Shown in pieces: positions 23,471-35,119 of a stretch of DNA of 51,621 nucleotides (positions are counted from its first letter, which is position 1; each line of letters starts with the position of its first letter). Position numbers and translations under genes: made by a program. This stretch comes from Octopus bimaculoides (taxonomy: Eukaryota): positions 40,070,870-40,122,490 of the forward strand of contig NC_068996.1 in assembly GCF_001194135.2 (NCBI RefSeq), given 5' to 3'. Below the pieces are notes generated by a model. The model was not told the origin of the DNA. It saw only the letters and a program-made list of their open reading frames with translations, and searched no databases.

Positions 23471-23855
23471 AGGCGACGAGCTGGCAGAATCATTAGCATG
23501 CTGGGCGAAATGCTTAGCGGTATTTCGTTGATTAAATAAGTACCAGTTACGCACTGGAGTCGATGTATTCGACTTAATCGTTTGTCTGTCCTTATTTGTC
23601 CCCTCTGTGTTTAGCCCCTTGTGGGCCATAAAGAAATAAGGAATGTTAACACGCCGGTCGAAATGCTTAGCGGTATTTCGTGTGTCTTTACATTCTGAGT
23701 TCAAATTCCGCTGAGGTTGACTTTGCCTTTCATCCTTTTAGGGTCAATAAATTAAGTACCAGTTACGCACTGGGGTCGATATAATCGACTTCAGCCGTTT
23801 GTCTGTCCTTGTTTGTCCCCTCTGTGTGTAGCCTCTCGTGGGCAGTAAGGAAATA
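23471..23855 (+). mobile_element. S2 SINE dimer with a single 17-bp TSD
   Basis: TSD agaaactatctctccta at 23454-23470 and 23856-23872; first monomer internally deleted, second 5'-clipped. Confidence 0.85.
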
Positions 23856-23917
23856 AGAAACTATCTCTCCTAGGTGCATATAACTTCTTAACCTATCCAA
23901 AATTTACAGACCCTTAA

Positions 23918-24090
23918 CCCTTTAGGATTTAGACCAGCCATATCCAGCCCAAATATTCTGACTGTTTTATGATCCGACTGACCAGATCTAGCCTCTCACA
24001 CCTGCCTTATATATAATCACATCATCGAAATGTCAAAGCTACAAGATGATGCATGATTAATTCAAAATAACGTGAATGAAAAGAGCTTTA
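23918..24090 (+). mobile_element. piggyBac-like MITE fragment
   Basis: TTAA|CCCTTTAGG; body matches 14134-14354. Confidence 0.7.
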
Positions 24091-24107
24091 CAGTTGACAG
24101 AAAACCT

Positions 24108-24489
24108 GAATGTTGTTGGCACTCCGTCGCTTACAACGTCGAGGGTTCCAGTTGATCCAATCAACGAACAGCCTGCTCGTGAAATTAACGTGCAAGTGGT
24201 TGAACACTCCACAAACACATGTACCCTTAACGTAGTTTTCGGGGATATTCAGCGTGACACAGTGTGACAAGGCTGACCCTGAATTACAGGTACAACAGAA
24301 ACAGGAAGTAAGAGTGAGAGAAAGTTGTGGTGGAAGAGTACAGCAGGGTTCGCCACCATCCCTTGCTGGAGCCTCGGGGAGCTTTAGGTGTTTTCGCTTA
24401 ATAAACACTCACAATGCCCGGTCTGGGAGTCGAAACCATGATCTTATGACCGCGAGTCCGCTTCCCTAACCACTGGGCCATTGCGCCCC
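24108..24489 (-). mobile_element. S3 SINE, full length
   Basis: Reverse complement of the 8211 copy, including tail gttggcactccgtcgcttac. Confidence 0.9.
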
Positions 24490-25744
24490 GATGATAACTT
24501 GAATACTAAAGAGTTAAATACCTAAATGGTTTACACGCACCTATGCTAGAAGGACCATAACCTACAAATTACCTGTCATTATTAATAGAATGGTGTTCAC
24601 CCAACCTTGTAACTCATGCAGGTAAACTATGAGGAAGGCCAAGGATGTGTTCAGATAATGTAGAGGCTGCTCTCACTTCTTCACTGCCATTTTCTGTTCT
24701 CTTTGTTTAGAATATCAGGCTGAGCCAACTGGTAGAAGACCCAGTGGGTAAACCAAGAACATGGTGGTTAGATAATATCCATGGTCTCAGTTGGTCATGC
24801 TTGGGAATTTAGCAGGAAAGTGTAACAACGCTTTCTTCTGGGAGGATTTTATGGAGGAAAAGCCTCAGGACTCTACCTCCACGACCTTCCCAGTTGAAAA
24901 CTGGAGTTGGTTTGTTTACATCCTCACACCTTAGCAGTTTGGTAAATGAGACGGATTGAATAAGTAGCAGACTTAAAATGATTACTGGGGTCAATTTATT
25001 TGATTAAATTCTTCAAGGAGGTGCTCCAGCATAGCCACAATTCAACAACTGAAAAAAAATAAAATAAATCGCAAAGTACCATTCTCACACCTGTGACAGT
25101 ATAACAAAGGACATGGATGGATGGATGGATGGATGGATGGATGAATGGATGGACGGACGGACGGACAGATGGCTGTCTTTGCTAATGTTGTGAAATCTTC
25201 CTTCATACACATCATGAATACTTGCAATAATGAGACTTCATTCGCTTCCCATTCAGGTGTTGTTTCACACACGAAACAAGAGCCTTTTAGAAATAGAAAC
25301 AGAAGCCAAATCTTCCTTAAATCATGACTCAGTCTCTTAAAATGAGGAAGGGTACATTGAACAGTGTAGTCTTAGATATATTATAGTTAACTGTGGGATA
25401 ACATAGAGATAAAGTAATTTTTAATCAATTAAAATTATTATAACTATATTAAAAAGTATAACAGTTAGTATTGACATGAAAAGCAAAGGATGCAACTCAG
25501 AAATTCAAATTTGCTAAGTCTGGAGGTAACTCTGGACATATTTCTGTCTTGCTAGAACTTCTCAGGGAAATCTAGTGTTATCAACCATACCTTCAAATAA
25601 GTAACTGTGAGAATATATAGGGTTTGAGCGAAAAAATAATATTCATTGATTAAGCTATGACATAGAAATATTATATTTTGTTTGAACAAAAGATGAGATG
25701 GTCGTAGTTGGATCAGTTCTGATGATAGGTCTTTTTTAATCAAT

Positions 25745-26065
25745 AAACTGGTGCTCCATCGGTTACAATGATGAGGGTTCTGTTGATGCACTCAACATAA
25801 GAGCCTGCTCATGAAATTAACATGCAAGTGGATGAGCACTCCACAAACACGTGTACCCTTAACATAGTCCTCAGGGAGATTCAGCATGACACAGAGTGTG
25901 ACAAGGCTGGCCCTTTGAAATACAGGTATTACTCATTTTTGCCAGCTGAGTGGACTGGAGCAAAGTGAAATAAAAGTGTCTTGCTGAAGGACACAACACA
26001 CCACCTGGAATCGAACTTACAACTTTATGATCGTGAACGAAATACACTAACCACTAAACTACCTA
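25745..26065 (-). mobile_element. Hybrid SINE: S4-type head and CORE body with S3-type tail
   Basis: S3 tail (ctcagggagattcagcatgacacagagtgtgacaaggctg) joined to CORE-like gccagctgagtggactggagcaa...gtgtcttgctgaagg and a tRNA-like head. Confidence 0.7.
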
Positions 26066-26157
26066 TCCACTATACAGCTAATGTATTGGACACATTATTT
26101 CATATTCCATACAACAGCAATCATTTTATTTGTGAAGACTTTGATTAAGGTCAGTTT

Positions 26158-26672
26158 TATTGCTTTCTTATTTCTTTACTGCCTACAAGGGGCTAAACAT
26201 AGAGGGGACAAACAAGGACAGACAAACGGATGAAGTCGATTATATTGACCCCAGTGCGTAACTGGTACTTATTTAATCGACCCCGAAAAGATGAAAGGCA
26301 AAGTCGACCTTGGCGGAATTTGAACTCAGAACGTAGCGGCAGACGAAATACCGCATGCTAATGTTTCTTATTTTTTTACTGTCCACAAGGGGCTACACAC
26401 AGAGGGGACAAACAAGGACAGACAAATGGATTAAGTTGATTATATCGACCCCAGTGTGTAACTGGTACTTATTTAATCGACCCTGAAAGGATGAAAGGCA
26501 AATTTGAAAAGCAAAGGATACAACTCAGAAATTCAAATTTGCTAAGTCTGGAGGTAACTCTGGACATATTTCTGTCTTGTTAGACCGTCGGCAGAATTTG
26601 AACTCAGAACGTAAAGACAGACAAAATACTGCTAAGCATTTTGCCTGGCGTGCTAACATTTCTGCCAGCTCA
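26158..26672 (-). mobile_element. Two tandem S2 SINEs; the second carries an 80-bp foreign insert
   Basis: 26158-26360 and 26365-26672; insert at 26505-26584. Confidence 0.85.
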
Positions 26673-27214
26673 CCGCCTTTTCATTGCTTCAGTTTTATTG
26701 CTTTCTGTTGTTAGAATATTTCTGTTGGTACACATTCTATTCGTTTCAAGTAATTTTGCAAATAATAAAGAATTTAGTAAAATGACTTTGTTATTGTTAT
26801 GCTGGTGTTTGAAACATAAATTAATGTGAAATTTTGATGGAATTTTTGATTATTTTAAAATAAGAAGTTTGTATTATAGAACCAGGTGTGGTTTCAGGAA
26901 GTTTGTCCTCAAAAGAGTTAACATATTGACATGTGATTTGAGAAAGAGCAGCTAAATACTCAGCATGTATTCAGGGATATGCTGAGACTAACTAGTGTAG
27001 ACAGTTCAATATGGCATATATTCAAGCTCAGTTGTATGCCCTGAAGCTCCTCTGAGAGTTGTGAGTATGAACTCAGTGATGTTAATGACTTCAGAGAGGG
27101 AAATGTCTGGTGAAATAAAATTCTTGACAATGGCTGGAGAAATATGATAGCAGTAAAGATAACAGATGAACATGGAGAAATAGCAAAAAGAAACTTCAGC
27201 CAGAGTAACCAAAA

Positions 27215-27575
27215 ATATTGGTGCCATAGGCAAGTGTCTTCTACTACAGCTTTAAGCACCAACCAAAGCCTTGTGTATAGATTTGGTAAACAGAAACTAA
27301 ATGAAGCCCACTGTGTGCGTGTGAGTGTGTATACACATATGTATGCATGTGTCTGTGTTTGCCCCCCCCCCCCGTCACCATTTGGCAACTGGTTTGGCAT
27401 ATTTATATCCAAGTAACTTAGCAGTTCAACAAAAAGGGACTAACAGAATGAGTTCCAGGCTTGGAAAAAAGAAAATTTTTTTAATAAGTACTAGGTTCCA
27501 TTTGATACAACTAAACTCTTCAAGGTGGTGCCCTAGCATGGCCACAGTCTAATGACTGAAACAAGTTAACATAAA
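27215..27575 (+). mobile_element. S1 SINE (diverged)
   Basis: ggcaagtgtcttctactacagc...gactgaaacaag. Confidence 0.75.
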
Positions 27576-27892
27576 AGATAATCTTCTAATGAGAAAATTA
27601 ATGTGGTATTTTGAGTTTATATGTAATTTATCACAATAGTTTTAACTGTAATATTTACGGCACTACATTTGTTATACTATATATATACATACTTTTTACG
27701 GAATCACTGCCATTTTTATTCAAACATTCTTCCCCATCTTATGCTCATGGTTTTTGAGATATTTTTTTCAATTTTGTCTGCCATGTTCATTCTATCTCTC
27801 TTTGTATCACTAATTAGTTTATACTGGGATGACATAAATGTATGCATATTAAAAGAGTAAATATTGTAAAGTTTAATCAAAAGATACGATCG

Positions 27893-27998
27893 TTATTTAC
27901 ATTATTCACATTTGACGGATATTTGTCCTCATCTTGTTTGTTGTTAACACAACATTTCGGCTGATATACCCTCCAGCCTTCATCAGGTGTCTTAGGGA
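27893..27998 (-). mobile_element. P1 tail copy with near-intact hammerhead motif
   Basis: Minus strand AGACAC-CUGAUGA-A-GGCUG...CAGCC-GAAA-UGUU-GUGUU. Confidence 0.75.
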
Positions 27999-28889
27999 AA
28001 TTTTATTTAATTAACAGAGAATAAATTCCTAGCAAGATTTCTCTCCCTTACAAAGAACCTGTCCAACCAATAAGAAACACTGAACACTGATCTAAAATGA
28101 TTAAATGAAGAAACGATTTGGATTTCAGGAATGTGTATGTTTATGGCATGGTTTCTACAGCTGGATGCTCTTCCTAACGCCAACCACTTTACAGAGTGTA
28201 CTGGGTGTTCTTACATGACACTTTTATGTGGTATCACATGGCCATGTGTGGTGCTTCAGTATATATATATGTTATTTATTGTATGTTATTTCTCTTGTTT
28301 CATATTTTTACTGGAAACAGGGGCTGTGTGGTAAGAAGTTTGCTACTCAACCACATGGTTCCAAGTTCAGTCCCACTGCGTAGCACCTTAGGTGAATGTG
28401 TGTTTTAGCATGGTTCCTACAGCTGGATGCCCTTCCTAATGTCAACCACCTTACAAAGTTTACTGGAAGCTTTTGTGTGGCACCAGTATGGGTACTTTTT
28501 ACATGGCACCGCAAGATTAGGAACGTCCAACTGAAGAGTGATGCAGGGGACATGCCTGTGTGTAGGGACAACTATGATTTTACTTAGCTTGGCATGTCTT
28601 CTCAAGCACAACAAAATATCTGGAGTCTCAGTCTCCTGTCATCCCCACCGTCAGGCCCAATGTCAGAGGAACGTTTCTCACCGCTTTGCCCCAATTTTCC
28701 TTGGTCTACCCCTTCCACATGGTCTCTCCACAATCCATTGTTCAATCTGATTATGCAGTAGATCACCAAAGCCCAACTCATGATAATGTTTGCTAAACCA
28801 TATTAATTGCATTATGTCCACATAGAACACTGCAGACTCATATCTGCAAGAATCATTTTCAGTTTAATGCATCACCCCTAGTAATTATT

Positions 28890-29105
28890 CTTTTCTACTC
28901 TAGGCATAAGGCCCGAAGTTTTGGGGGTTTTGGCCAGTCGATTAGATTGACCCCAGTATGCAACTGGTACCTAATTTATCGACCCTCGAATGGATGAAAG
29001 GCAAAGTCGACCTCAGCGGAATTTGAACTCAGAACGTAAAGACAGATGAAATACCTCTAAGCATTTCACCCAGCATGCTAACGATTCTGCAAGGTCACCA
29101 CCTTA
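28890..29105 (-). mobile_element. S2 SINE
   Basis: gatgaaaggcaaagtcgacctcagcggaatttgaactcagaacg. Confidence 0.85.
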
Positions 29106-29358
29106 TCCTCTAGTAATTGTTGACAATTCACCAATGAACACTGGCTCTTCATCATCATCATCGTTTCATGCCCATCTTCTATGCATGCATGGGTAGGATG
29201 GTTGACAGGAGTCAGCCAGGTAGAAAATTTACCAAGGCTACTCTGTCTGTTTTGGCAGGGCTTTTACGGCTGGATGCCCTTCCTAACACCAACCACTCCA
29301 TAAAGTGGACTCTGCTTTTTAAAAGAAAGAAATTAAGAATAGAAAACAGCAACCTTAC

Positions 29359-29476
29359 CTCATCCCCTGTCTGCTCTTCCACAATAGTATCATTGGTGGT
29401 GGCCACAGATCTTTGGCTCCTGTGAATGAAGATGCAGTAATTTGTTAGACAATTAACAGTGAAAGCACAAAGAGAT
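29359..29476 (-). CDS. Internal coding exon (phase 2 to phase 0) of the minus-strand gene
   Basis: ttcttgtctag|ATCTC...GATGAG|gtaagg; 118 nt; frame-compatible with the upstream exon (AG|A = Arg), giving SLCAFTVNCLTNYCIFIHRSQRSVATTNDTIVEEQTGDE. Confidence 0.6.
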
Positions 29477-29505
29477 CTAGACAAGAAACTTCTTATAGCA
29501 AGCTA

Positions 29506-30140
29506 CAAGGTGCATTCCAGAAATTCTGAGACACTTTCAGGAGAGAGATTTATTACTTTTGAAGAAGTACAGAACTCTAATCTCCTTCATAGAAAGATCT
29601 TCTGACTTTAATGTACTTGTAGTGCCCCACGATCTTCTTGAAGGCCCCCATGAAAGTCTTCCAAAGTGAAGGTGCTCAGGACTCTTGTCACAGCCTCCTT
29701 CACCTTCTCACTGTCTTCAAACCAACTGTCCTTGAAGTTCTCCTCCCACTTGAGGAACAGCCAAAGTCAAAGAGAGCAAGGCATAGACTGTAAGGAAGAT
29801 AAGAAAAAGTTTTGACGCCTATCTCTGTCATGTAGTTGGTTACCAGGATGGAACTGTGGATTGGTGCATTGTCTTGGAGCATGGGTCAAAAACCTGAGTG
29901 GAAGAGCTCTGACTTTTGCAATGAAATCTCTTCTTAAACCCCCTCAAAACCTCACCAAAGTACCCTTTATTGACTATCTGACCAGAGAGAACCCAGTGGA
30001 TATAGATGATGCTCTTGCTGTTGAAAAAGGGGATCATCATAAGCTTCCCTGTGAATCTGATTTGCTTGACCTTTTGTGCCAGCAGAAAAACAGGTGCTTG
30101 GTTTATACAAGTTAATCCATAAGGAGTCTGGAGCATTTCA
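29506..30140 (-). mobile_element. Decayed mariner (DD34D-like) transposon 3' part
   Basis: MIPFFNSKSIIYIHWVLSGQIVNKGYF..., LQDNAPIHSS...YLPYSLCLALFDF (compare HDNA/YSPDLAP.DF); TA|CAAGGTGCATTCCAGAAA terminus at 29504-29506. Confidence 0.85.
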
Positions 30141-30431
30141 TAAATTTCTTTAACATTTTTGCCCAGTTTAACTTAAAACTTCCTAATTGTCTTCACATCC
30201 TTAGTGCATTCTATAAACTAATTAGCTATATTAAGCAGAGTTGTAGCAGGGTATATTCAAAATGCTGTTACAGCAATCTCCTTCAATCTAGTATAACAAA
30301 AGTTGGCAGGTCAGCTTATTGGATCAATAGTTATGATATACTAAAATTAAATAACTCACAATAGTTATAACTGCTTCTCCGAATATTTAATCCTAGGTTC
30401 CATTAACTCTGACTATTAAGGAAATTATGAA

Positions 30432-30668
30432 TGTTTCTTATTTCTTTATTGCCCACAAGGGGCTAAACATAGAGGGGAAAAACAAGGACAGACAAAGGGA
30501 TTAAGTCGATTATATCGACCCCAGTGCGTAACTGGTACTTAATTTATCGACCTAGAAAAGATGAAAGGCAAAGTCGACCTCGGTGGAATTTGAACTCAGA
30601 ACATAACGGCAGACGAAATACCGCTAAGCATTTCGCCCGGCGTGCTAATGCTTCTGCTAGCTCGCCAT
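30432..30668 (-). mobile_element. S2 SINE, well preserved
   Basis: Full reverse-complement copy. Confidence 0.9.
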
Positions 30669-31090
30669 CTTATTTGAATGTTTCTAATTCAACAGTGGTA
30701 CGGGATTCTACAGGATGCCCTAATCCACCTCACATTGAAAACACCCTACACCTCAATGGGCTAGAGCAGTTTAATTCCAACAAATTAGGAAGACATCTAA
30801 GGGATAAGTTTTTATAGCATAATATATATTTTGAACTTATTGTATACAGTGCTCAGGTGCAGTTCACACTCATCAGAAAAAGTAACCAAAATCGCATGAA
30901 CAGTACACAGAATATGTACAGGAAGTGAAATGTGAAAATGATTTGAGCTGCCCATTCTTGTTCTTTTATAATACACATATATATATATATAAAATAAAGG
31001 ATAAAATTTTTTTTCCAAAAAATGTTATCGCTGGCCAGCATATAAAAAATAGACTGATTAAAGTGAAATCATATATATAATTATAATTAA

Positions 31091-31446
31091 GGGCACAGAA
31101 AAATTTTCTAGCCTATACGCTGAAAATAGACACCCAGTCATCTAACCACTTAAAAAATGGGGGAGCAGCCCATGCCAATTATTAACAATATAGATAGCCC
31201 TGGATTAGCTAATTTCTGGATTTTCCCTACGGCTTTTCCTCATTAGCAGAGCATACACACAGGAAATAAATGAGATATTTATACATACCCACAAGAAAGC
31301 AAACGCAAAGCCATAAATACATATAAATACTGGAGATGCCTCCAACAATTTGCTCCCCCTTTTTTCAACATGTGTGTAACTTTAAAGTGGTGAGATGATT
31401 TAGTGTCTATTTTCAGCATATAGGCTAGAAAATTTTTTCTATGCCC
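31091..31446. mobile_element. TTAA-flanked MITE with ~75-bp TIRs (Kolobok-like termini)
   Basis: TTAA|GGGCACAGAAAAATTTTCTAGCCTATACGCTGAAAATAGACAC ... GTGTCTATTTTCAGCATATAGGCTAGAAAATTTTTTCTATGCCC|TTAA. Superfamily is inferred from RR termini plus TTAA TSD. Confidence 0.8.
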
Positions 31447-31909
31447 TTAATTATATATATATCATCATCATTATCATCCTTTAATGTCCTTTTTTTCATG
31501 CTGGAATGCTTTGGACGGTTTGATTAGGGCTTGTAAGCTGGGGAGCTGCACCAGACTCCAGTCTGTTTTGGCATGGTTTTCTACAGCTGGATGCTCTTCC
31601 TAACGCCAACCACTTTACAGAGTGTGCTGGGTGCTCTTACATGACACGCTACTTTTATGTGGTACCATATGGGCATTTTACATGACACCACATGGGCACT
31701 ATACATATATGTAAATATGTAAAGCAATCTTTATATCCAACTTCATGTGGATGTATTGTGAGAACATCAAATACTTGAGAGATCTTCTCACATGGATGTT
31801 AAAGGAGCACTCCGTCGGTTACAACGATGAAGATCCCAACTGATACGATCAACGGAACAGCCTGCTCATGAAATTAATGTGCAAGTGCCTGAGCAATCCA
31901 CTTTTTTTA

Positions 31910-32108
31910 CTTTTTAATTGTTTCAGTCATTTGACTGCAGCCATGCTGGAGCCCCACAGGACTCATTCTTTGTAAGCCTAGTACTTATTCTATCAGTCTC
32001 TTTGGCTGAACCGCTAAGTTACAGGGATATAAACATACCAGCATTGGTTGTCAAACGAGGGGGGGGGGGACAAACACAGACACACAAACATACATACACA
32101 CACATATA

Positions 32109-32148
<40 letters not shown>

Positions 32149-32285
32149 CGTCTATCAAATCCACTCAAAAGGCTTTGGTTGGCCCAAGTCTACAGTAGGG
32201 GACAGTGTGTCATGCACTGGGACCTAACCCGGAACCATGTGGTTGGTAAGCAAGTTACTTAACCACACAACCACTCCTACGCCTA
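31910..32285 (-). mobile_element. S1 SINE
   Basis: Reverse-complement copy with internal (TA)n. Confidence 0.8.
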
Positions 32286-32337
32286 TATATGTATGTATAT
32301 AAGTATGTATACACATACACACACATATACGTATATC

Positions 32338-32700
32338 ATTATCATCATCATTCAATGTTTGTTTTCCGTTTTCCATGCTGGCATGGGTTGGACAGTTTGA
32401 TAGGAGCTGGCAAGCCTAAGGACTGTGCCAAGCTCTACTGTCTGCTTTGGCATGGTTTCTACAGCAGGATGCCATTCCTAACACCAGCTACTTCCCAGCA
32501 TGCACTGAGTGCTTTTTATGTAGCACCAACAACAGCGAGGTCACCAAGTAACTTGCAAGACAAAATCCCCTCGAATGAGTGGGGGAGTAGTGTTGAGGGA
32601 GGTGGTTTTGTGCCAAGTGATGAGAAAGGGTAAAGTATGACAGAGGGACAGAAACAGGTGTCTTGTTGTAGGGGAGATACATGGTTACCTCAGATGGAGA
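32338..32700 (-). mobile_element. RTE LINE 3' UTR/tail remnant
   Basis: catcatcattcaatg...ccatgctggcatgggttggac...gatgccattcctaacacc. Similar tails at about 28130, 28400, 29150, 31460, 35340, 36375, 42087 and 50300. Confidence 0.7.
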
Positions 32701-32776
32701 GAAGAAGAAGAGAGGGAGGAGAGATGAGAGGAGAGAGAAGAGAGAGATAAGAAGGCATACACCCAAGTTACTGAGG

Positions 32777-32811
<35 letters not shown>

Positions 32812-32823
<12 letters not shown>

Positions 32824-33180
32824 ACTTGGGGATGGTCATATTGCCAGTTTAGCCAATAAAAACACACGCACTGTATATTTGGTGTTAATTTGCTTCAGCT
32901 TTATCTTACATTAATCTTAATCTTATTTCGGCCAGAGTTCTTTCGTCACACTTCTGTGACCTCATCAGTGGTCCTTTGTTTCCTTCTTTCTTATGTGTGT
33001 CTCACCTTGCTAACTATCAGCCATTTTGTATTTTGTATTCCTATTGTATGTCTACGCGTGTCCTTCAATGTGTCTGTGTCTTTTGTAAGTGCATGTGTGT
33101 ATGGGGAGTGTTTGTATCACCTATATTCTCTGTTAATACGTGTTCGTTTGTATTTGTTTTTATTTATTTATTTGTTCATG
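32812..33180 (-). mobile_element. Small Penelope-like/retrozyme-like repeat P3 abutting (TA)n
   Basis: Starts at the (TA)n tract 32779-32817; carries an intact hammerhead motif. The far boundary is uncertain. Confidence 0.55.
32930..32974 (-). ncRNA. Minimal type I hammerhead ribozyme motif with intact catalytic core
   Basis: GGACCA-CUGAUGA-G-GUCACA(GAAG)UGUGAC-GAAA-G(AA)C-UC-UGGCC; predicted cleavage after CUC, between plus-strand positions 32935 and 32934. Confidence 0.75.
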
Positions 33181-33750
33181 TGAGTGGGTGGGTGAGTTCT
33201 AGAGATTGCAAAAGGAGAGTGGGAGTTGGAGAGTAGGGGGAAATGTAAAGAGTGGGCAGAGGCAGTGGGTGGGTTGTTTGGAGGATACATTATGGAAAAT
33301 AGATTTGACATGGACATGTTGTATGCAGTAGGTTCATATAGGAGATGGAGGGGTGAGAAATACAACGAGTGGTAAACACTGGAGGAGGTGGGGTGGGGCT
33401 TATTGGGAAGATGAGGTGTTCTGAAAAGGTTTGTCAGGGACATATTGTGTGCAGGGTTGTGGACATAAAGGATATGCTTTTATGGCCTTGATTTTACTTA
33501 GTTGGACAGGACTTCTCAAGCACAGCAAATGCCAACTGCTTGGACTTTTGTCATCACTTCAGTGAGGCTCAACATTTAAAAATTTGATACTAATTCTTGT
33601 TCATGGACAAAGCTCACATTATCTTGATAAGTTGCAAATAGTTTTTTTTTTTGTTTTTCATTTTGTTAACTTAGACAAAATAAAACTGCTTTCTCTCTCT
33701 CTCTCTCTCTCTCATTCATTTCTCTCCTTCCAATTTTTTCCCTGAATAAG

Positions 33751-33790
33751 GACACTGTCCGAAATACTGAATTTCCCAAACCTCATGATG
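33751..33790 (+). other. Candidate 40-nt plus-strand exon
   Basis: Long (CT)n/pyrimidine tract, aataag acceptor, consensus donor ATG|GTAAGT; two open frames. Confidence 0.35.
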
Positions 33791-33829
33791 GTAAGTTCAC
33801 TGTACTCTTTTTATTGATTCTACTACATA

Positions 33830-34235
33830 CATATAGGCACAGGTATGACTGTGTTTTAAGATTCTTGCTTCGCAACCACATGGTTCCAGGTTCAGTCCCA
33901 CTGCGTGGCACCTTGGGCAAGTGTCTTCTACTATAGCCTTAGGCTGACAAAACTTTGTGAGTGGATTTGGTAGATGGAAACTGAAAGAAGCCCGTCGTGT
34001 ATATATATATATATACACACACACATATATACATGAGTGTGTATCTTTGTATTTGTGTTTGTCCCCTTCTACCGCTTGACAACTGGTGTTGGTGTGTTTA
34101 GAGCCCTGTAACTTAGCAGTTCTGCAAAAGAGACTGATAGAATAAGTAACAGGATTTTAAAAAAATACTGGAGTCGATTCATTTGACTGTTGCCCCAGCA
34201 TGGCCACAGTCTAATAACAGAAACAAGATAAAAGA
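33830..34235 (+). mobile_element. S1 SINE
   Basis: Head, core, microsatellite and tail present. Confidence 0.85.
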
Positions 34236-35119
34236 TATACATATCAAGCATTTTTTTTTTTGTTAAGGTTCTTTTTGAATTTTAAATGAAAAGAAGATAC
34301 ATTTCTCAATTGAAAGAATAAATTCGTAATGATATAAAGAATAAGTATCCAAAAACCTTCCAAAGATTATCTTGTTGATGATATTTTACTATTTATCTAC
34401 TATTTGGGGGACGAAACTAGATTCCAAATATTTTAGCAGACGACAGCTATGCCGATTTAAATGAATCCATTCTTCACTGAGATATACAAGAAACTTAAAA
34501 TATTAATACATATTACAGCATTAAATATAAGAAAGACAATGAAAATTCCAGAAGGATTTGAATTATATTCAGTGTGGTATTGAATTTAATTCTGTATTTT
34601 ATGGTTTAAACTTCAAGAGTCTAAATTGTAATTAGAATATAAATGGGTTACGATAACCTAATTTTTAATTTGAAGCCGAAACTTTGATGTAAGTGATATT
34701 TTTGGGGTTCTAGTCATTTTTTAATTATCATTTCATATTTTATTTATGTAAAAATTTTAAAATCTAAGACAGGTTTTACAATATAACTGAAATTTTAAAT
34801 ATTAGACATTTTATTATAGATATTTGTAATAAAAAGAAGCGATTGGAAATTAAATAAATAAATAAATAAATCAAGGGAATTAATTACCATAAACTATTAA
34901 AATCGACTACTGAGTTATCTAATCTTGGAAGATATGTTGCGCTTTTTTATTTGTTTAAGCTTTCTGAATGAGCAGATTTACTATTAATGGTATTCCAACT
35001 ACGACAATAACTGGTATTCCTAGCACGGGCATACTATTTATCTGTTTAATTCCATGTGTAGTCTTTGGACCATATATTAAGGACCTGTTTTTATTAGTTT
35101 GGTACTGTGGAAGAAGCTT

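Noticed and set aside
25180-25300. Mariner C-terminal fragment (VKQHLNGKRMKS)
   Set aside because: Too short and degenerate to support without an alignment.
27690-27830. Third or terminal exon of the minus-strand gene (YKLISDTKRD...)
   Set aside because: Weak acceptor, no supporting homology; several equally weak alternatives exist (28050-28090, 20410-20555, 11150-11215).
30738-30800. Extra 63-nt phase-2 symmetric exon in the 11.7-kb intron (CLPNLLELNCSSPLRCRVFS)
   Set aside because: The frame is open, but the donor (aat|gtgagg) is weak and such matches arise by chance; needs RNA-seq.
30845-30880. Hammerhead at minus-strand CUGAUGA-GUG...CAC
   Set aside because: Not followed by GAAA, and there is no stem I or III.
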